This document shows, in pieces, positions 10,239 to 21,600 of a stretch of DNA of 64,000 bases. The position numbers were made by a program, and so were the translations under genes. The notes under the pieces were generated by a model that had not been told where the DNA came from, ran no database searches, and saw nothing but the letters and a program-made list of their open reading frames with translations. Source of the DNA: an uncultured bacterium (GTDB lineage Bacteria; Verrucomicrobiota; Verrucomicrobiia; Limisphaerales; UBA8199); NCBI GenBank assembly GCA_963749495.1, contig CAVVMW010000006.1:544001-608000 (forward strand). Reading direction: 5' to 3'. Position 1 is the stretch's first letter. Every line of letters begins with the position of its first letter.

Positions 10239-12740
10239 TTACGGCGCGAGCACCACCCGGTAAAACCGCGGCGGGCCGTTCGTGACGGAGTCGGTGGCGC
10301 TCAGCGTCGCTCCAGTTGCGGTGGCGGCGCTGCCCAGGTTGGTCCAGTTGCTCGAACTCAGGTCGGAGGTGTACTGCAACTGATACGTCCCTCCAACCTC
10401 CGTGCTCCAGGTCAGGCCCAGCGTGCCGTTGGTTAGGCTCACAGGTTGGAACACCGGGGCCGCCGGCACCACAGTCAGCCGGAAAACCGTCCCGAATCCG
10501 CCTGCGCCGCCGCCGTAGGTCGTGCCATAGAAACCGCCGTCGCTGCCCTGCACCAGCCCGGCAAGGGGTTTCGAGCCATCACTGCCGCCGGTGAAGGAAT
10601 ACAAGCTGGCCAGCGCCCCATTGGGGCTGATCTTGAACACGGTGCCCGAGTTGTTCGCGCCGCCAGCGGAAGTCGTGCCGTAGAAATCGCCGTCGCTGCC
10701 CTGCAGCAGCGCGGCAAAGGGATTTGCGCCATCGTTGCCAGCGAAGGAATGCAAACTGGCCAGCGTCCCATTGGGGCTGATTTTGAACACGGTGCCATAG
10801 CCCTGGAAGCCAGAGCCGTAAGTGCCGCCCCATTCCGTCGTGCCATAGAAATTGCCGTCGCTGCCCTGCACCAGCCCCGCCACGGGCGATCCGCCATCCT
10901 TGCCGCCGGCGAATGAATACAAGGTGGTCAGCGCCCCATGGGTGCTGATTTTGAACACGGTGTCATTAGTGAAGGACGGCAAAAACAGATCGAAGCCGGA
11001 AGTCGTACCGTAGAGATTGCCGTCGCTGCCCTGCACTAGCCCAGCGCGGGGAAATGCGCCATCGGTGCCGCCGGTGAATACGTGCAAGGTCGTCAGCGCC
11101 CCACCGGGGCTGATTTGGAACACGGTGCCATCGCCGCCAGGCAGGAAAGCGAACTTGCCGCCCCCGGATGTTGTGCCATAGAAATAGCCGTCGCTCGCCT
11201 GCACCAACCCGTTGGGGTTCCAGCCATCAGTGCCACCGAGGAATGAGTAAAAGCTCGTCAGTGCCCCAGTGGTGCTGATTTTGAACACGGTGCCATAGCC
11301 GTAAATGCTGCCGCCGCCGCCAGAAGTCGCGCCATAGAAATTGCCGTCGCTGCCCTGCACCAGCCCGTTGGGATAGGCGCCATCATTGCCGCCGGTGAAG
11401 GAATACAAACTAGTCAGCGCCCCAGCGGGGCTGATTTTGAACACGGTGCCATGGGCGTTCGTGCCGCCAGATTCAGTCGTGCCATAGAAACTGCCGTCGC
11501 TGCCCTGTACCAGCCCGTTCGGACCCGCGCCCTCATTGGCGCCGAAGGAATACAAAGTGGTCAGCGCCCCCGTGGTGCTGATCTTGAACACCGTGCCATC
11601 GCCAGCCGTGCCGCCGCCAGAAGTCGTGGCATAGAAATCGCCGTCGCTGCCCTGCACCAGCGCGGACGCATACCAGAGGCCGGCAGCCAGCGTCGTCAGC
11701 TCTCCGGCAGGGGTCATTTTAAACACCGTGTCACATGCCGCGCCATAGAAATTGCCGTCGCTGCCCTGCACCAGCGCGGCCCCGGGATATGCGCCATCAA
11801 TGTCGCCGCCGCCAAATAGGTGCAAGGTCGTCAGCGCCCCATTGGTGCTGATTTTGAACACGGTGCCCATGTCCATCGTGCCGCCGCATTCAGTCGTGCC
11901 ATAGAAATAGCCGTCGCTGCCCTGCGCCAGCCCGGGAAAGGGCTGACCGCCATCATTGCCGCCGGTGAAGAGATGCAAAGTGGTCAGCGCCCCATCGGGG
12001 CTGATTTTGAACACGGTGCCAAACTGGTGCGTGCTTTCGAGCTGAGTCGTGCCATAGAAATTGCCGTCGCTGCCCTGCACCAGCCCCTGGGGACAAATGC
12101 CATCATTGCCGCCGGTGAATGAATACAGATTGGTCAGCGCCCCATAGGGGCTGATTTCAAACACGGTGCCTTCGTAGTACGTGCCGCCGAATTCAGTCGT
12201 GCCATAGAAATTGCCGTCGCTGCCCTGCACCAGCCCCTGGGGAAACCCGCCATCATTGCCGCCGGTGAAGAGATGCAAAGTGGTCAGCGCCCCATCGGGG
12301 CTGATTTTGAACACGGTCCCAAACTGGTGCGTGCTTTCGGCGTGAGTCGTGGCATAGAAATTGCCGTCGCTGCCCTGCACCAGCGCGCCGCAGGGATATG
12401 CGCCATCATTGGTGCCGCTGAAAGAATACAAAGTGGTTAGCGCCCCATTGGGGCTGATCTTGAACACGGTGCCAACGCCCTGCCTGCCGCCGCTGGAGGT
12501 CGTGCCATAGAAATTGCCATCGCTGCCCTGCACCAGCCCCTCCCTGGTGGGACCTTTCCCGCTGGTGCCAACCCCAAATGAATGAAGGGTGGTTAGGGCT
12601 GCGCCGGGCTGGGCACCGAGGGCCGGCAGCAGGAGCGCGGCTGCACAGAGCAGTCGCCACCTGCTCGCGCAGGCGGCCCTCAAACGGGTGGTCATCGTCT
12701 TTGGGCAGGTTGTTCTGGCAGTTGAAGTTTGTGTTTTCAT
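10239..12740 (-). CDS. Secreted GloVer-type (choice-of-anchor) tandem-repeat beta-propeller protein
   Basis: 14 repeats of LVQGSDGNFYGTT..GG..GTVFKI; signal peptide; C-terminal domain ending RFYRVVLAP. Confidence 0.88.
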   Translation of the reverse strand: MKTQTSTARTTCPKTMTTRLRAACASRWRLLCAAALLLPALGAQPGAALTTLHSFGVGTSGKGPTREGLVQGSDGNFYGTTSSGGRQGVGTVFKISPNGALTTLYSFSGTNDGAYPCGALVQGSDGNFYATTHAESTHQFGTVFKISPDGALTTLHLFTGGNDGGFPQGLVQGSDGNFYGTTEFGGTYYEGTVFEISPYGALTNLYSFTGGNDGICPQGLVQGSDGNFYGTTQLESTHQFGTVFKISPDGALTTLHLFTGGNDGGQPFPGLAQGSDGYFYGTTECGGTMDMGTVFKISTNGALTTLHLFGGGDIDGAYPGAALVQGSDGNFYGAACDTVFKMTPAGELTTLAAGLWYASALVQGSDGDFYATTSGGGTAGDGTVFKISTTGALTTLYSFGANEGAGPNGLVQGSDGSFYGTTESGGTNAHGTVFKISPAGALTSLYSFTGGNDGAYPNGLVQGSDGNFYGATSGGGGSIYGYGTVFKISTTGALTSFYSFLGGTDGWNPNGLVQASDGYFYGTTSGGGKFAFLPGGDGTVFQISPGGALTTLHVFTGGTDGAFPRAGLVQGSDGNLYGTTSGFDLFLPSFTNDTVFKISTHGALTTLYSFAGGKDGGSPVAGLVQGSDGNFYGTTEWGGTYGSGFQGYGTVFKISPNGTLASLHSFAGNDGANPFAALLQGSDGDFYGTTSAGGANNSGTVFKISPNGALASLYSFTGGSDGSKPLAGLVQGSDGGFYGTTYGGGAGGFGTVFRLTVVPAAPVFQPVSLTNGTLGLTWSTEVGGTYQLQYTSDLSSSNWTNLGSAATATGATLSATDSVTNGPPRFYRVVLAP

Positions 12741-13100
12741 AGTCTTTGACCTTGTGGATTGATAGCCGAGGGAAGTTGCTCTCTGAGGCGCCGGCTCTCC
12801 ATTGACGCAGCGCGTGTGAGGGGGAATTGAAAAAGCCTTCTTGGTCTTCCTGGTTTGCCGAACAGGCGGCCAAAATGCCGGACGCGGGTATAAAATCCAC
12901 AGTGGTGAGCACCCGATGCCTGCTCGCCCGAAGCGCATCTCGCAATTCCCGCCGTCAATTCCATAATCACCCGGCACCCGAACAAAACCGTCACGAAACC
13001 GGCAAACCCAGACGCCCCAACGCTGAGTACTACCCTGTCACCCTGTTCCCAAATCAAAAATCCAAGGGGGTGTCAAGCCGAATCTCTTCTCAATCTGCGG

Positions 13101-13129
13101 TTGCAAAAGGGCCGGGGGATGTCTAGGAT
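13101..13129 (+). promoter_or_regulatory. Sigma70-like promoter of scpA-scpB-pheA
   Basis: TTGCAA-17 bp-TAGGAT. Confidence 0.6.
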
Positions 13130-13165
13130 AGCCTCCTCCGGCCCGGTGCGCAGGGGCCGGTGGCC

Positions 13166-14038
13166 ATGGCTGAGTATAAGGTCAGATTCGAGGTCTTCGA
13201 AGGCCCGCTGGATCTACTCCTTTATTTGATAAAGAAGGAGGAGGTGGACATTTACCAGGTGAACCTCACGCGCCTGGCGCAGCAGTTCATCGAGTATATC
13301 GAGACGATGCGGTTGCTGGACCTTGAGGTGGCCGGGGAGTTCCTGGTGATGGCGGCCACGCTGATGTACATCAAGAGCCGCGAGCTGTTGCCGGTGGATC
13401 AGCAGGTGCAGCCGGAGGACCAGGACGACGGCGAGGACCCGCGCTGGGAATTGATCCGGCAACTTGTGGAATACAAGAAGTTCAAAGATGCGGCGGCCCA
13501 GCTCCAGGCCCTGGAGGCGCGGCAGGAGAACGTCTTTCCCCGGGTCCCCCCGAGGCTGGAGTTCGAGTCCGAAACCTCCGCCCGGCAGGAGGCCTCCATC
13601 TTCAACCTGGTCAGCGCCGTCAGCGCAGTCCTGCAGCGGTTGGGCCAGCGCGGGGACCAGCGCGACATCTTCGAAGACAAATGGACGGTCAGCGAGAAGA
13701 TCCAGCACCTGATGCGCGCCCTGGGCGAGCAGGCGCAGTTGAGATTCTCGGACCTCTTCGCCGGCGTGGCCAGCCGTTCCGAGATCGTCGTGACCTTTTT
13801 GGCGCTGCTCGAGTTGATTCGGCTCAAGCAACTGGTGGCCGTGCAGGAAGAACCCTTCGGGGAAATACTCATTCGCCGGGCGCCCGCGGGTGCGCCCGAG
13901 GCCGCTTGGCCCGCCCCCGAACCCGGGCCCGAGGCGGGTACGACCGTCCCCGCAGCCCCGCCCGCGGCATTCTCGGCCCCGGCTCCGCCCGGGGAGCCCT
14001 CCGAGCCAGCCGCCGGACCCGACTCCCTCCCCGCTTAG
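13166..14038 (+). CDS. scpA: Segregation and condensation protein A
   Basis: FEGPLDLLLYLI, AGEFLVMAATL..IKSR.LLP, VVTFLALLEL. Confidence 0.95.
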   Translation: MAEYKVRFEVFEGPLDLLLYLIKKEEVDIYQVNLTRLAQQFIEYIETMRLLDLEVAGEFLVMAATLMYIKSRELLPVDQQVQPEDQDDGEDPRWELIRQLVEYKKFKDAAAQLQALEARQENVFPRVPPRLEFESETSARQEASIFNLVSAVSAVLQRLGQRGDQRDIFEDKWTVSEKIQHLMRALGEQAQLRFSDLFAGVASRSEIVVTFLALLELIRLKQLVAVQEEPFGEILIRRAPAGAPEAAWPAPEPGPEAGTTVPAAPPAAFSAPAPPGEPSEPAAGPDSLPA

Positions 14039-14057
14039 ACCTCTAACCAGCCGCCGC

Positions 14058-14880
14058 ATGGAACTGAAACTCATATTGGAAGCGATCCTCTTCTCGGCGC
14101 AAAAGCCGCTGAGCTTGAAAGAGATACGGGACGTTTTTGCCGGCGCGCCCGAGCACGCACAAGGGGATGAACGGGCGCGGGCCCTCAAGAGGATCAAGGA
14201 GGCCGAGGTGGTCGCCGCGCTGGAGGCACTGCAGCGGGAGCACGAACAGGGCGGGCGCAGTTTCCGCCTGGCGTGTGTGGCGGGGTCGTGGCAATTTGTA
14301 ACGGAGCCGCAATACGCCCCCTGGCTCAAGGCCCTGGTGGGCCATAAGGCGCGGGCGCCGCGGCTCTCTCAGCCGGCCCTGGAGACCCTGGCCATCGTCG
14401 CTTATCGCCAGCCGGTCACACGGGCGGAGGTCGAGCAGGTCCGGGGCGTGGCGGTCGATGGGGTGATGCAGACGCTGCTGGAGCGCGGGTTGATCGACCC
14501 GGCAGGCCGGGCGGAGGTGGTCGGCAGGCCGATGACTTACGGGACCACGCCCGCCTTCCTCGAATACTTCGGCCTGCGCAGCCTCGAGGATTTGCCTGCC
14601 GCCGACAAACTCCGGCGGGTGCCGACACAGAAACCGGAGGGGTTGGCGACCGTCAAGGCCGGCCTGGCAACCGCGCCGCCGGAGCAACTGGCATTGCCCG
14701 CGGAAGCTGACGCCGCCAAATCGGAGGCCGGAGGCCGGAGGCCGGAGGCCGGGGAGCAACAGGCATTGCCCGCGGAAGCTGCCGCACCCGTGGGTGGGCT
14801 GCCTCCGCCCGGCCCCGCCCCGCCGGAAACCAACGAACCGGGAGCAGAGAACCCACAAACCTCGAGCATGCATATCCTAG
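14058..14880 (+). CDS. scpB: Segregation and condensation protein B (stop uncertain; reads in frame into pheA in this sequence)
   Basis: LEAILF, RLSQPALETLAIVAYRQPVTRAEVEQVRGV, YGTTPAFLEYFGL. Confidence 0.93.
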
Positions 14881-15928
14881 AACACCGCAAGGCGATCGAC
14901 AAGTGCGACGCCCAGCTCATCACGCTCCTGAACGAGCGCACCAAGCACGTCCTGGCCATCGGCGAGATCAAACGCAAGGCCGGCGACAAGGTCTATGCCC
15001 CGCACCGTGAGCGGGCCGTGCTCAGGAGGATTTCCAGGCTCAACCACGGGCCGATTACCAACGAGTCGCTTCAGGCGATTTACCGCGAGGTCATGTCCAG
15101 CGCCCTCTCGCTCGAGAAGACCCTCACCATCGCCTACCTGGGCCCGAGGCCACATTCACCCACCAGGCCGCCATCCAGCGTTTCGGCTCCAGCCTGCATT
15201 ATTTCGCCCAGAAGACCATCAGCGACGTCTTCACCGAGGTGAGCAAGAGGCGCGCGGACTACGGGGTGGTGCCGGTCGAGAACTCGACCGAAGGGGCGGT
15301 GACGCACACGCTGGACATGTTCGTGGACAGCGACCTCAAGATCGTGGCGCAGATCGTCCTGCCGGTACAGCATTGCCTGTTGAGCAAATGCCGCCGGTCG
15401 CAGATACGGAAGCTCTTTGCGCATCCCCAGGCCCAGGCCCAGTGCCGCGGCTGGCTGCAGGCCAACCTGCCCCGCGTCGAGACCATCGAGACCTCCTCCA
15501 ACGCCCGCTCGGCCGAGCTGGCGGCCACCGAGAAGAATTCCGCCGCCATCGCCGGCGTCCTGGCCTCGGAAAAATACGGCGTGCCCGTGCTCGATTATGA
15601 CATCCAGGACAACGTCGCCAACGCCACCCGGTTCCTGGTCCTGGGCCGGCAATGCACCCCGCGCACCGGCAACGACCGGACCAGCCTGGTGTTCAGCGTC
15701 GCCAACCGGGCCGGCGCCCTCTACCGGGCCCTGGCCGCGTTCCGCCGTTACCGCCTCAACATGACCAAGATCGAGTCCCGCCCCAGCAAACGCAAGGCCT
15801 GGGAATACTTCTTCTTCGTCAATTGCGACGGCCACCTCACTGACCGCAAGGTCTCCAAGGCCCTGCACCTGCTGGGCGAGCACTGCAGCTACGTCAAGGT
15901 CCTCGGCTCCTATCCCAACCTCGAATAA
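14868..15928 (+). CDS. pheA: Chorismate mutase/prephenate dehydratase (P-protein); 1-nt frameshift near 15143
   Basis: RKAIDKCD..LLNER (CM), AYLGP, VPVENSTEG, TRFLVLG, MTKIESRPS. Confidence 0.93.
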
Positions 15929-15936
15929 GGGACCGC

Positions 15937-16164
15937 CGTAAGTCACTCAAAGCGGGAGCAGCACCGCAGTCGGACCCCTCACCCCAGCCCTCTCCCCATC
16001 GGATGGGGAGAGGGAGCATTCTCCGTAGCGGCTCGAGGAACCACAGGCGCGCGAAAAGTTCAAGTGACTGCCGGCGCTTCTCCCTCTCCCCTTCGGAAGG
16101 GGAGAGGGCCGGGGTGAGGGGTCGGTCGGGGACTCTGTCCCACCTTCACTTCTGACCGGTTACG
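15937..16164. mobile_element. MITE-like element with CCCTCACCCC..CTCTCCC palindrome between CGTAA..TCA-type inverted ends
   Basis: CGTAAGTCACTCA at 15937, CTGACCGGTTACG ending 16164; inner hairpins 15973-16123. Confidence 0.6.
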
Positions 16165-16209
16165 ACCCGCCCCCCATCCCTTCCGTGGCTTTTGTCCCTT
16201 TTGTCTCTG

Positions 16210-18396
16210 TCAAGTCCCGGCCGCCTGACGGGCCTTGATCGCGGCCCGGGCCAGGCGGAGCCGCGCGTAATCGTAGCGGCCACCCAAGGCGTCGAAGACC
16301 GCCGAGAGGCTGCCCAAGCCCAGCTTCTGGAAGGCGGCGGCCACTTCGCGTTTTTGCTCGGGCGTGAAGAAGGGGGTCAGGTCGAGTGATTCACCGGCCT
16401 CGATGGCCTCGGCAAGATGGCCGGAGATCGTGCCCGGGGTGAGCGCGCGCCGGCCGGCGATCTCGTCGAGGGACAGGCCGGCGCGGTAGAGGCGGAGGGT
16501 CTCGCGCGCCGTGGCGCCCAGGTCCGCCCGGCCCGGGAGCGGCGCGCCGGGGGCGAAGGAATCCTCGGCGAAGATCTGGCGTGGATTGGTCTCCAGGTGC
16601 GCGGCGACCTCCGCGAGGAACACCGCGCCGAATTCCTGGAGCTTCTTCTCGCCAACGCCGCTGATGCGCGCAAATTCCCGCTCGTCGGCCGGGTAATCGT
16701 GGGCCATCTGCCGGAGCGAGACGTCGGAAAAGACAATGTAAGGGGGCACGCCGCGCTCGTCGGCCAATCGCTTGCGAAGCAGGCGCAGGCGGTCGAACAG
16801 GGCCTCGTCGCAGGCTATGGCGCCGGTGCGGCGGGCCTCCGGCGCCGGGGCGCTGACCGGTTTGGTCAAGGTGATGGGACGGCGTTGTCTGAGGGCGGCC
16901 AGGCCCTCGGGCGTCAGGTCCAACACGCTGAACTTCTCCGAGGTCTGGCCCAGGTAGCCCAGGCGGATCAACTCCCGCCCGATGGCACCCCACTGGGCGC
17001 GGTTGTGCTCGGCGCCGATGCCGTAAGTGGAGAGGTGGTTGTGGCCCCAGCGCCGGACCTTCTCGGTGTCGGCGCCCGTGAGGACCTCGATGATATGGTT
17101 GAGGCCCACGCCGAAGCGGGTCTTTTCGCGGACGCGATAGACGCACGAGAGGAATTTCTGGGCGGCGATGGTGCCGTCGAAGGTCTGGCGCGGGGAGAGG
17201 CAGTTGTCGCAGCCGGCGCAATTGTCTTGGGCGAAGGTCTCGCCGAAATAGGCGAGCAACTCGCTGCGGCGGCAGCCGGAGCACTCGGCGTAACGGACCA
17301 TCTGCTGCAATTGGGCGCGGGCGATCTGCTGCTCCCTCGGATCGGGTTTCTCCTCGATGAAGGCGCGCTGCTTGACGACGTTGCCCGGGCTGAAGAGCAG
17401 CACGCAATCGCCGGGCAGGCCGTCGCGCCCGGCGCGCCCGGTCTCCTGGTAGTAGCCTTCGATGTTCTTGGGCAGGTCGTAATGCAGGACGAAACGGACG
17501 TTGGGTTTGTTGATGCCCATGCCGAAGGCGATGGTGGCGCAGATGACGCGGACCTCGTCGCGCAGGAAGAGATCCTGGTGCTCGGTGCGTTCGGACGCCG
17601 TCAGGCCGGCATGGTAGGGCCTGGCCTTGACACCGTCTTCGTTGAGGCGCTGGGCCAGGCTCTCGGTGGTCTTGCGCGCCTGGCAATAGACGATGCCGCT
17701 GTCCTTGGGCCGGGCGGTGACGAAATCCAGGACCTGCCGGTAAGGCCCGTGCTTGGCGAAGACGCGGTAGGTCAGGTTTGGCCGGTTGAAGCTGGCGATG
17801 TAGCAGCCGGGTTGGCGCAGCTTGAGCAGGGTGACGATGTCCTGGCGCACCCGCTCGGTCGCGGTGGCGGTCAACGCCATCATCGGCACCGAGGGAAAGA
17901 GCGGGCGCAACTCGGCCAACTGGCGGTATTCGGGGCGGAAATCATGGCCCCACTCGCTGATGCAGTGCGCCTCGTCGATGGCCAGCAGGCCCACCCTCCA
18001 CCGCTGCAGGTCCGAGAGAAAACCCGGGAGCATGAGCCGTTCCGGGGCGGCGTAGAGCAGCCGAAACCGCCCGTTGTGCAAGCCCCGCAGCCGCTCCCGC
18101 GATTCCCCGGCCCCCAGCGACGAATTCAGGAAGGTCGCCGGCACCCCGCCCGCCTGGAGGCTGTCCACCTGGTCCTTCATGAGCGCAATCAGCGGCGACA
18201 CCACCGCCGTCAGACCCTCCCGGGCCATGGCCGGCAATTGGAAGCAGAGCGACTTGCCGCCGCCCGTCGGCAGCAACGCAAAGACGTCTTTGCCCGCCAG
18301 CGCATCGCGGATGATCTGCTCCTGGAACGGCCGAAAGGAGGTAAAGCCGAAGTACTGCTTCAGCAGCGGGAGCAACTCTGGAACCGTGTCTTGCAT
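16210..18396 (-). CDS. recQ: ATP-dependent DNA helicase RecQ
   Basis: PTGGGKSLC, DEAHCISEWGHDFRP, QETGRAGRDG, Zn-binding CRR..CDNC, RQC, HRDC and terminal HTH. Confidence 0.97.
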   Translation of the reverse strand: MQDTVPELLPLLKQYFGFTSFRPFQEQIIRDALAGKDVFALLPTGGGKSLCFQLPAMAREGLTAVVSPLIALMKDQVDSLQAGGVPATFLNSSLGAGESRERLRGLHNGRFRLLYAAPERLMLPGFLSDLQRWRVGLLAIDEAHCISEWGHDFRPEYRQLAELRPLFPSVPMMALTATATERVRQDIVTLLKLRQPGCYIASFNRPNLTYRVFAKHGPYRQVLDFVTARPKDSGIVYCQARKTTESLAQRLNEDGVKARPYHAGLTASERTEHQDLFLRDEVRVICATIAFGMGINKPNVRFVLHYDLPKNIEGYYQETGRAGRDGLPGDCVLLFSPGNVVKQRAFIEEKPDPREQQIARAQLQQMVRYAECSGCRRSELLAYFGETFAQDNCAGCDNCLSPRQTFDGTIAAQKFLSCVYRVREKTRFGVGLNHIIEVLTGADTEKVRRWGHNHLSTYGIGAEHNRAQWGAIGRELIRLGYLGQTSEKFSVLDLTPEGLAALRQRRPITLTKPVSAPAPEARRTGAIACDEALFDRLRLLRKRLADERGVPPYIVFSDVSLRQMAHDYPADEREFARISGVGEKKLQEFGAVFLAEVAAHLETNPRQIFAEDSFAPGAPLPGRADLGATARETLRLYRAGLSLDEIAGRRALTPGTISGHLAEAIEAGESLDLTPFFTPEQKREVAAAFQKLGLGSLSAVFDALGGRYDYARLRLARAAIKARQAAGT

Positions 18397-18681
18397 CCCG
18401 GGGACTCTACACGGACTTTCAATCAAATTGAAGCTGCCTTCAGGCGGCAGCGAAGAATTCTGTCCTGTGCCCGGTCGCAGTGCAAAATCGGAAAAAGCCT
18501 TGTCAAGCATCGGCTGTGGGCTAGAATGGTCCTGTTCGCTGTGACCGCGGTTGTGGCAGGCGCAGCTTTTTCGGAGGGCGGGCAGGATTGAAACCGGCGC
18601 GAAGAAGCAGGTGTGCTGTTTTGGCTCTCGGGCTGCCGGCGAACCCGATGCTGATACCAAATGCAACTTCACTCAGTAACC

Positions 18682-21600
18682 ATGGACAGGATGAATTCCA
18701 GTGTGTCGCAGTCAGGCCTTGAGCGCGGGCGCAGTGTTGAGTTTTGGGAGCAGCCGCAGGCTGGCTCTCGCGTGCCGGGCGCGGCAGGCGCGGGGCGCTC
18801 TGCCCGGCAGCAAGGGGGGCGGGGCCGGCGCGGCCCTTGGGCTGGGGCGGCGGTGGCAGCGATGCTGGTTTGCGCCGCCGCCTTTGAACCGGTCCAGGCG
18901 CAAGTGCCGGGCACGGGGCCGTTCGGGGTTTACCGGGAGCTCTGGCCGGGGCTCGACCCGTCGCTGGGCGACACCTTGGATGCCCTGACCAACACGCTTT
19001 ACAACCCGAATTGGCCCGATAATCCAGACCCGAATTACACCCAGGTCTATACCAATTTCGAGGCGGGCGTAAACACGGGGATGTACTACTACGGCCAGCG
19101 GATGCGGGCCTTTGTGGTGCCGCCCCTGAGCGGGAGTTGCGTCTTCTGGATTGCGAGCGACGACACCTCGGAGCTGTTCTTGAGCAGTGACGAGACGCCG
19201 TCCAACAAGGCCCCCATCGCATGGGTCAACACGTGGACCAGTTCCCGGGAGTGGACCAAGGAGCCCAACCAACAGAGCGGGCCGCTCCCGCTGGAGGCCG
19301 GGCGCCGCTACTACATCGAGGCCATCATGCAGCAGGGCGGGGGCGGCGACAACCTGGCGGTGCGCTGGCGGTTGCCCGACGGCACGATCGAGGAGCCAAT
19401 CCCCGCCGTCGGCTCGACCGGCACGCGGTTGATTCCTTTCGACGGGGGGGACACACTGCCCTCCATTTACCAGCAAACGGCCAACCCGACGGTGGTCGAG
19501 GGGAACAACGCGCGCCTGTCTGTGCTCGCCATCAATCACGCGCCGGTCACCTACCGCTGGCTCCTGCAAGGGACCAACCTGCCGGGCGCCAGCGCCACCA
19601 AACCCTTTTACGCCCTCACCAATATCCCCATGTCCTACAACGGCCTGGCCTATTCCTGCGCCGTATCCAATGCGGCGGGCACAACGATCAGCGCGACGAT
19701 GGTGCTGACGGTGCTCCGGGACACGAACCCGCCGGCGGTGGTGCGGGTGGTCAATGTGGGCTCCACCAACGTCGTGGTGGTTTATTCCAAAGTGGTCGAG
19801 CAGGCCAGCGCCGTCAACCCGCTCGACTACACCTTCACCAACGGCTTGCGCGTGACCAGCGCCACACTGGGGGCGGACAACGTCACGGTGAGCCTCAAGA
19901 CCCCGCCGCTGGTCTATGGCAGCAACTATGTGCTGGTCATCAACAAGGTCCGCGACCGCGCCAGCCTGCCCAATACCATCGCCACCAACACCACCGTGAG
20001 CTTCGTGGCCTCGCCCTACACGCCGATGGACCTGGGCCGCGCCACGCTCCCCTCCACCGCCCTGCTGGTGGCCACCAATGCCCTGGATATCTCGGCCGGC
20101 GGCGGCAACCTGGGCGGCAGCGCCGACCAGTGCAACTTCAATTACCAGGTGCGCAGCGGCGACTTCGACATCGCCGTGCTCGTGGCGGGCCTGACCCTCG
20201 GACCCCTGGGCCAAGGCGGGCCTGATGGCGCGCGACACCCTGGACCCGAGCAGCCGGTTCGTGGCGGCGCTGACCACGCCGTCCATGGTCGGCTCGTTCT
20301 TCGAATGGCGCGACCCGGCGGGCAGCCTGGCCAGCGTGACGGGCAGTTTTCCGGGCAATTTCCCCAGCGCGTGGCTGCGCCTTAAACGCAACGGCAACAT
20401 CTTCACGGGCTTTGCCAGCTACGACGGCCAGACCTGGACGCAATTGGGCAGCGCGGCCATCGGCATGCCCAGCCAGATGTACTTCGGATTGGTCGTGAGC
20501 AGCCACAACACCGCCCAGTCTGCCCTGGCCCAGTTCCGCGACATGGCCACGGTCAGCAACGCGGTGGTGGCCGTCGTGCCCAACCCCCATGAGCCGTTGG
20601 GGCCGTGCAGCCGGAGGACTCCTTTGGTGATCTCCGAGATCATGTGCAAACCGGCGCCCCGCGCGGACCTCTACAACGTCGAGTACATCGAACTCTACAA
20701 CTCCAATCCCTGGTTCCAGGACATCAGCGGCTACCAGGTGCTCGGGGACAACATGAGCTACACCTTCCCGCCCAACACGAGCCTGGCGGGCGGGAGCTTC
20801 GTGGTCCTGGCCGCCTCGCCCGAGAGCATCCAGGCCGTCTATGGCATCACCAACGTGGCCGGGCCTTACCAGGGGAGCTTGAAGGCCGCGGGCACCCTCC
20901 AGTTGTTGGATGGGCAGGGAGCGGTGCTGCTGAGCATCCCCTATTCCAATCTGGCGCCCTGGCCCGTGGCCGCCGACGGCACCGGCCACTCGATCGTCCT
21001 GTCCAACCCGACCTACGGCGAAGCCGACCCGCGCGCCTGGGACATCAGCGACGTGGCCGGAGGCTCGCCCGGGCAGAATGAGGCCTTCCGCCCCTCTCCG
21101 TTGCGCGATGTTGTCATCAACGAACTGCTGGCCCACTCGGAAAACCCCGCCCTCCCCTGCTTCGTCGAACTCTACAACCACAGCAACCGGACCAACGACC
21201 TCTCCGGTTGCACCCTGACCGACGACCCGTCCGCCAACAAATTCGTGCTCCCCCAGGGCACCCTCATCCCGCCGCGCGGCTTCCTCTCTTTCGACCAATC
21301 CCAACTGGGCTTCACCCTCAACGGCGCCGGCGGCACCGTCTATCTGATCAAGCCCGACGGGACCCGCGTCCTGGATGCCGCCCAATTCGAGGGGCAGGCC
21401 GACGGCGTTTCCTTCGGGCGCTGGCCGGACGGGGCCAAGGACTTCTATCCGCTGGCGGGGCGGACGCCCGGGGCGCCCAACAGTGCGGTGCGCATCGCGG
21501 ACATCGTCATCAACGAGCTGATGTATTTCCCGCTCAGCAACAATGATGACGACCAATTCATCGAACTCTACAACAAGGGCACCAACACGGTGAGCCTGGC

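Noticed and set aside
10450..12600. CRISPR array or DGR target suggested by regular DNA repeats
   Set aside because: Repeats are in-frame coding units; no reverse transcriptase, template repeat or cas genes
13890..15242. Apparent ScpB-chorismate mutase fusion
   Set aside because: A single missing base in the C-rich scpB tail would end scpB at TAG 14878-14880; such indels are frequent in this sequence, so an artefact is more likely
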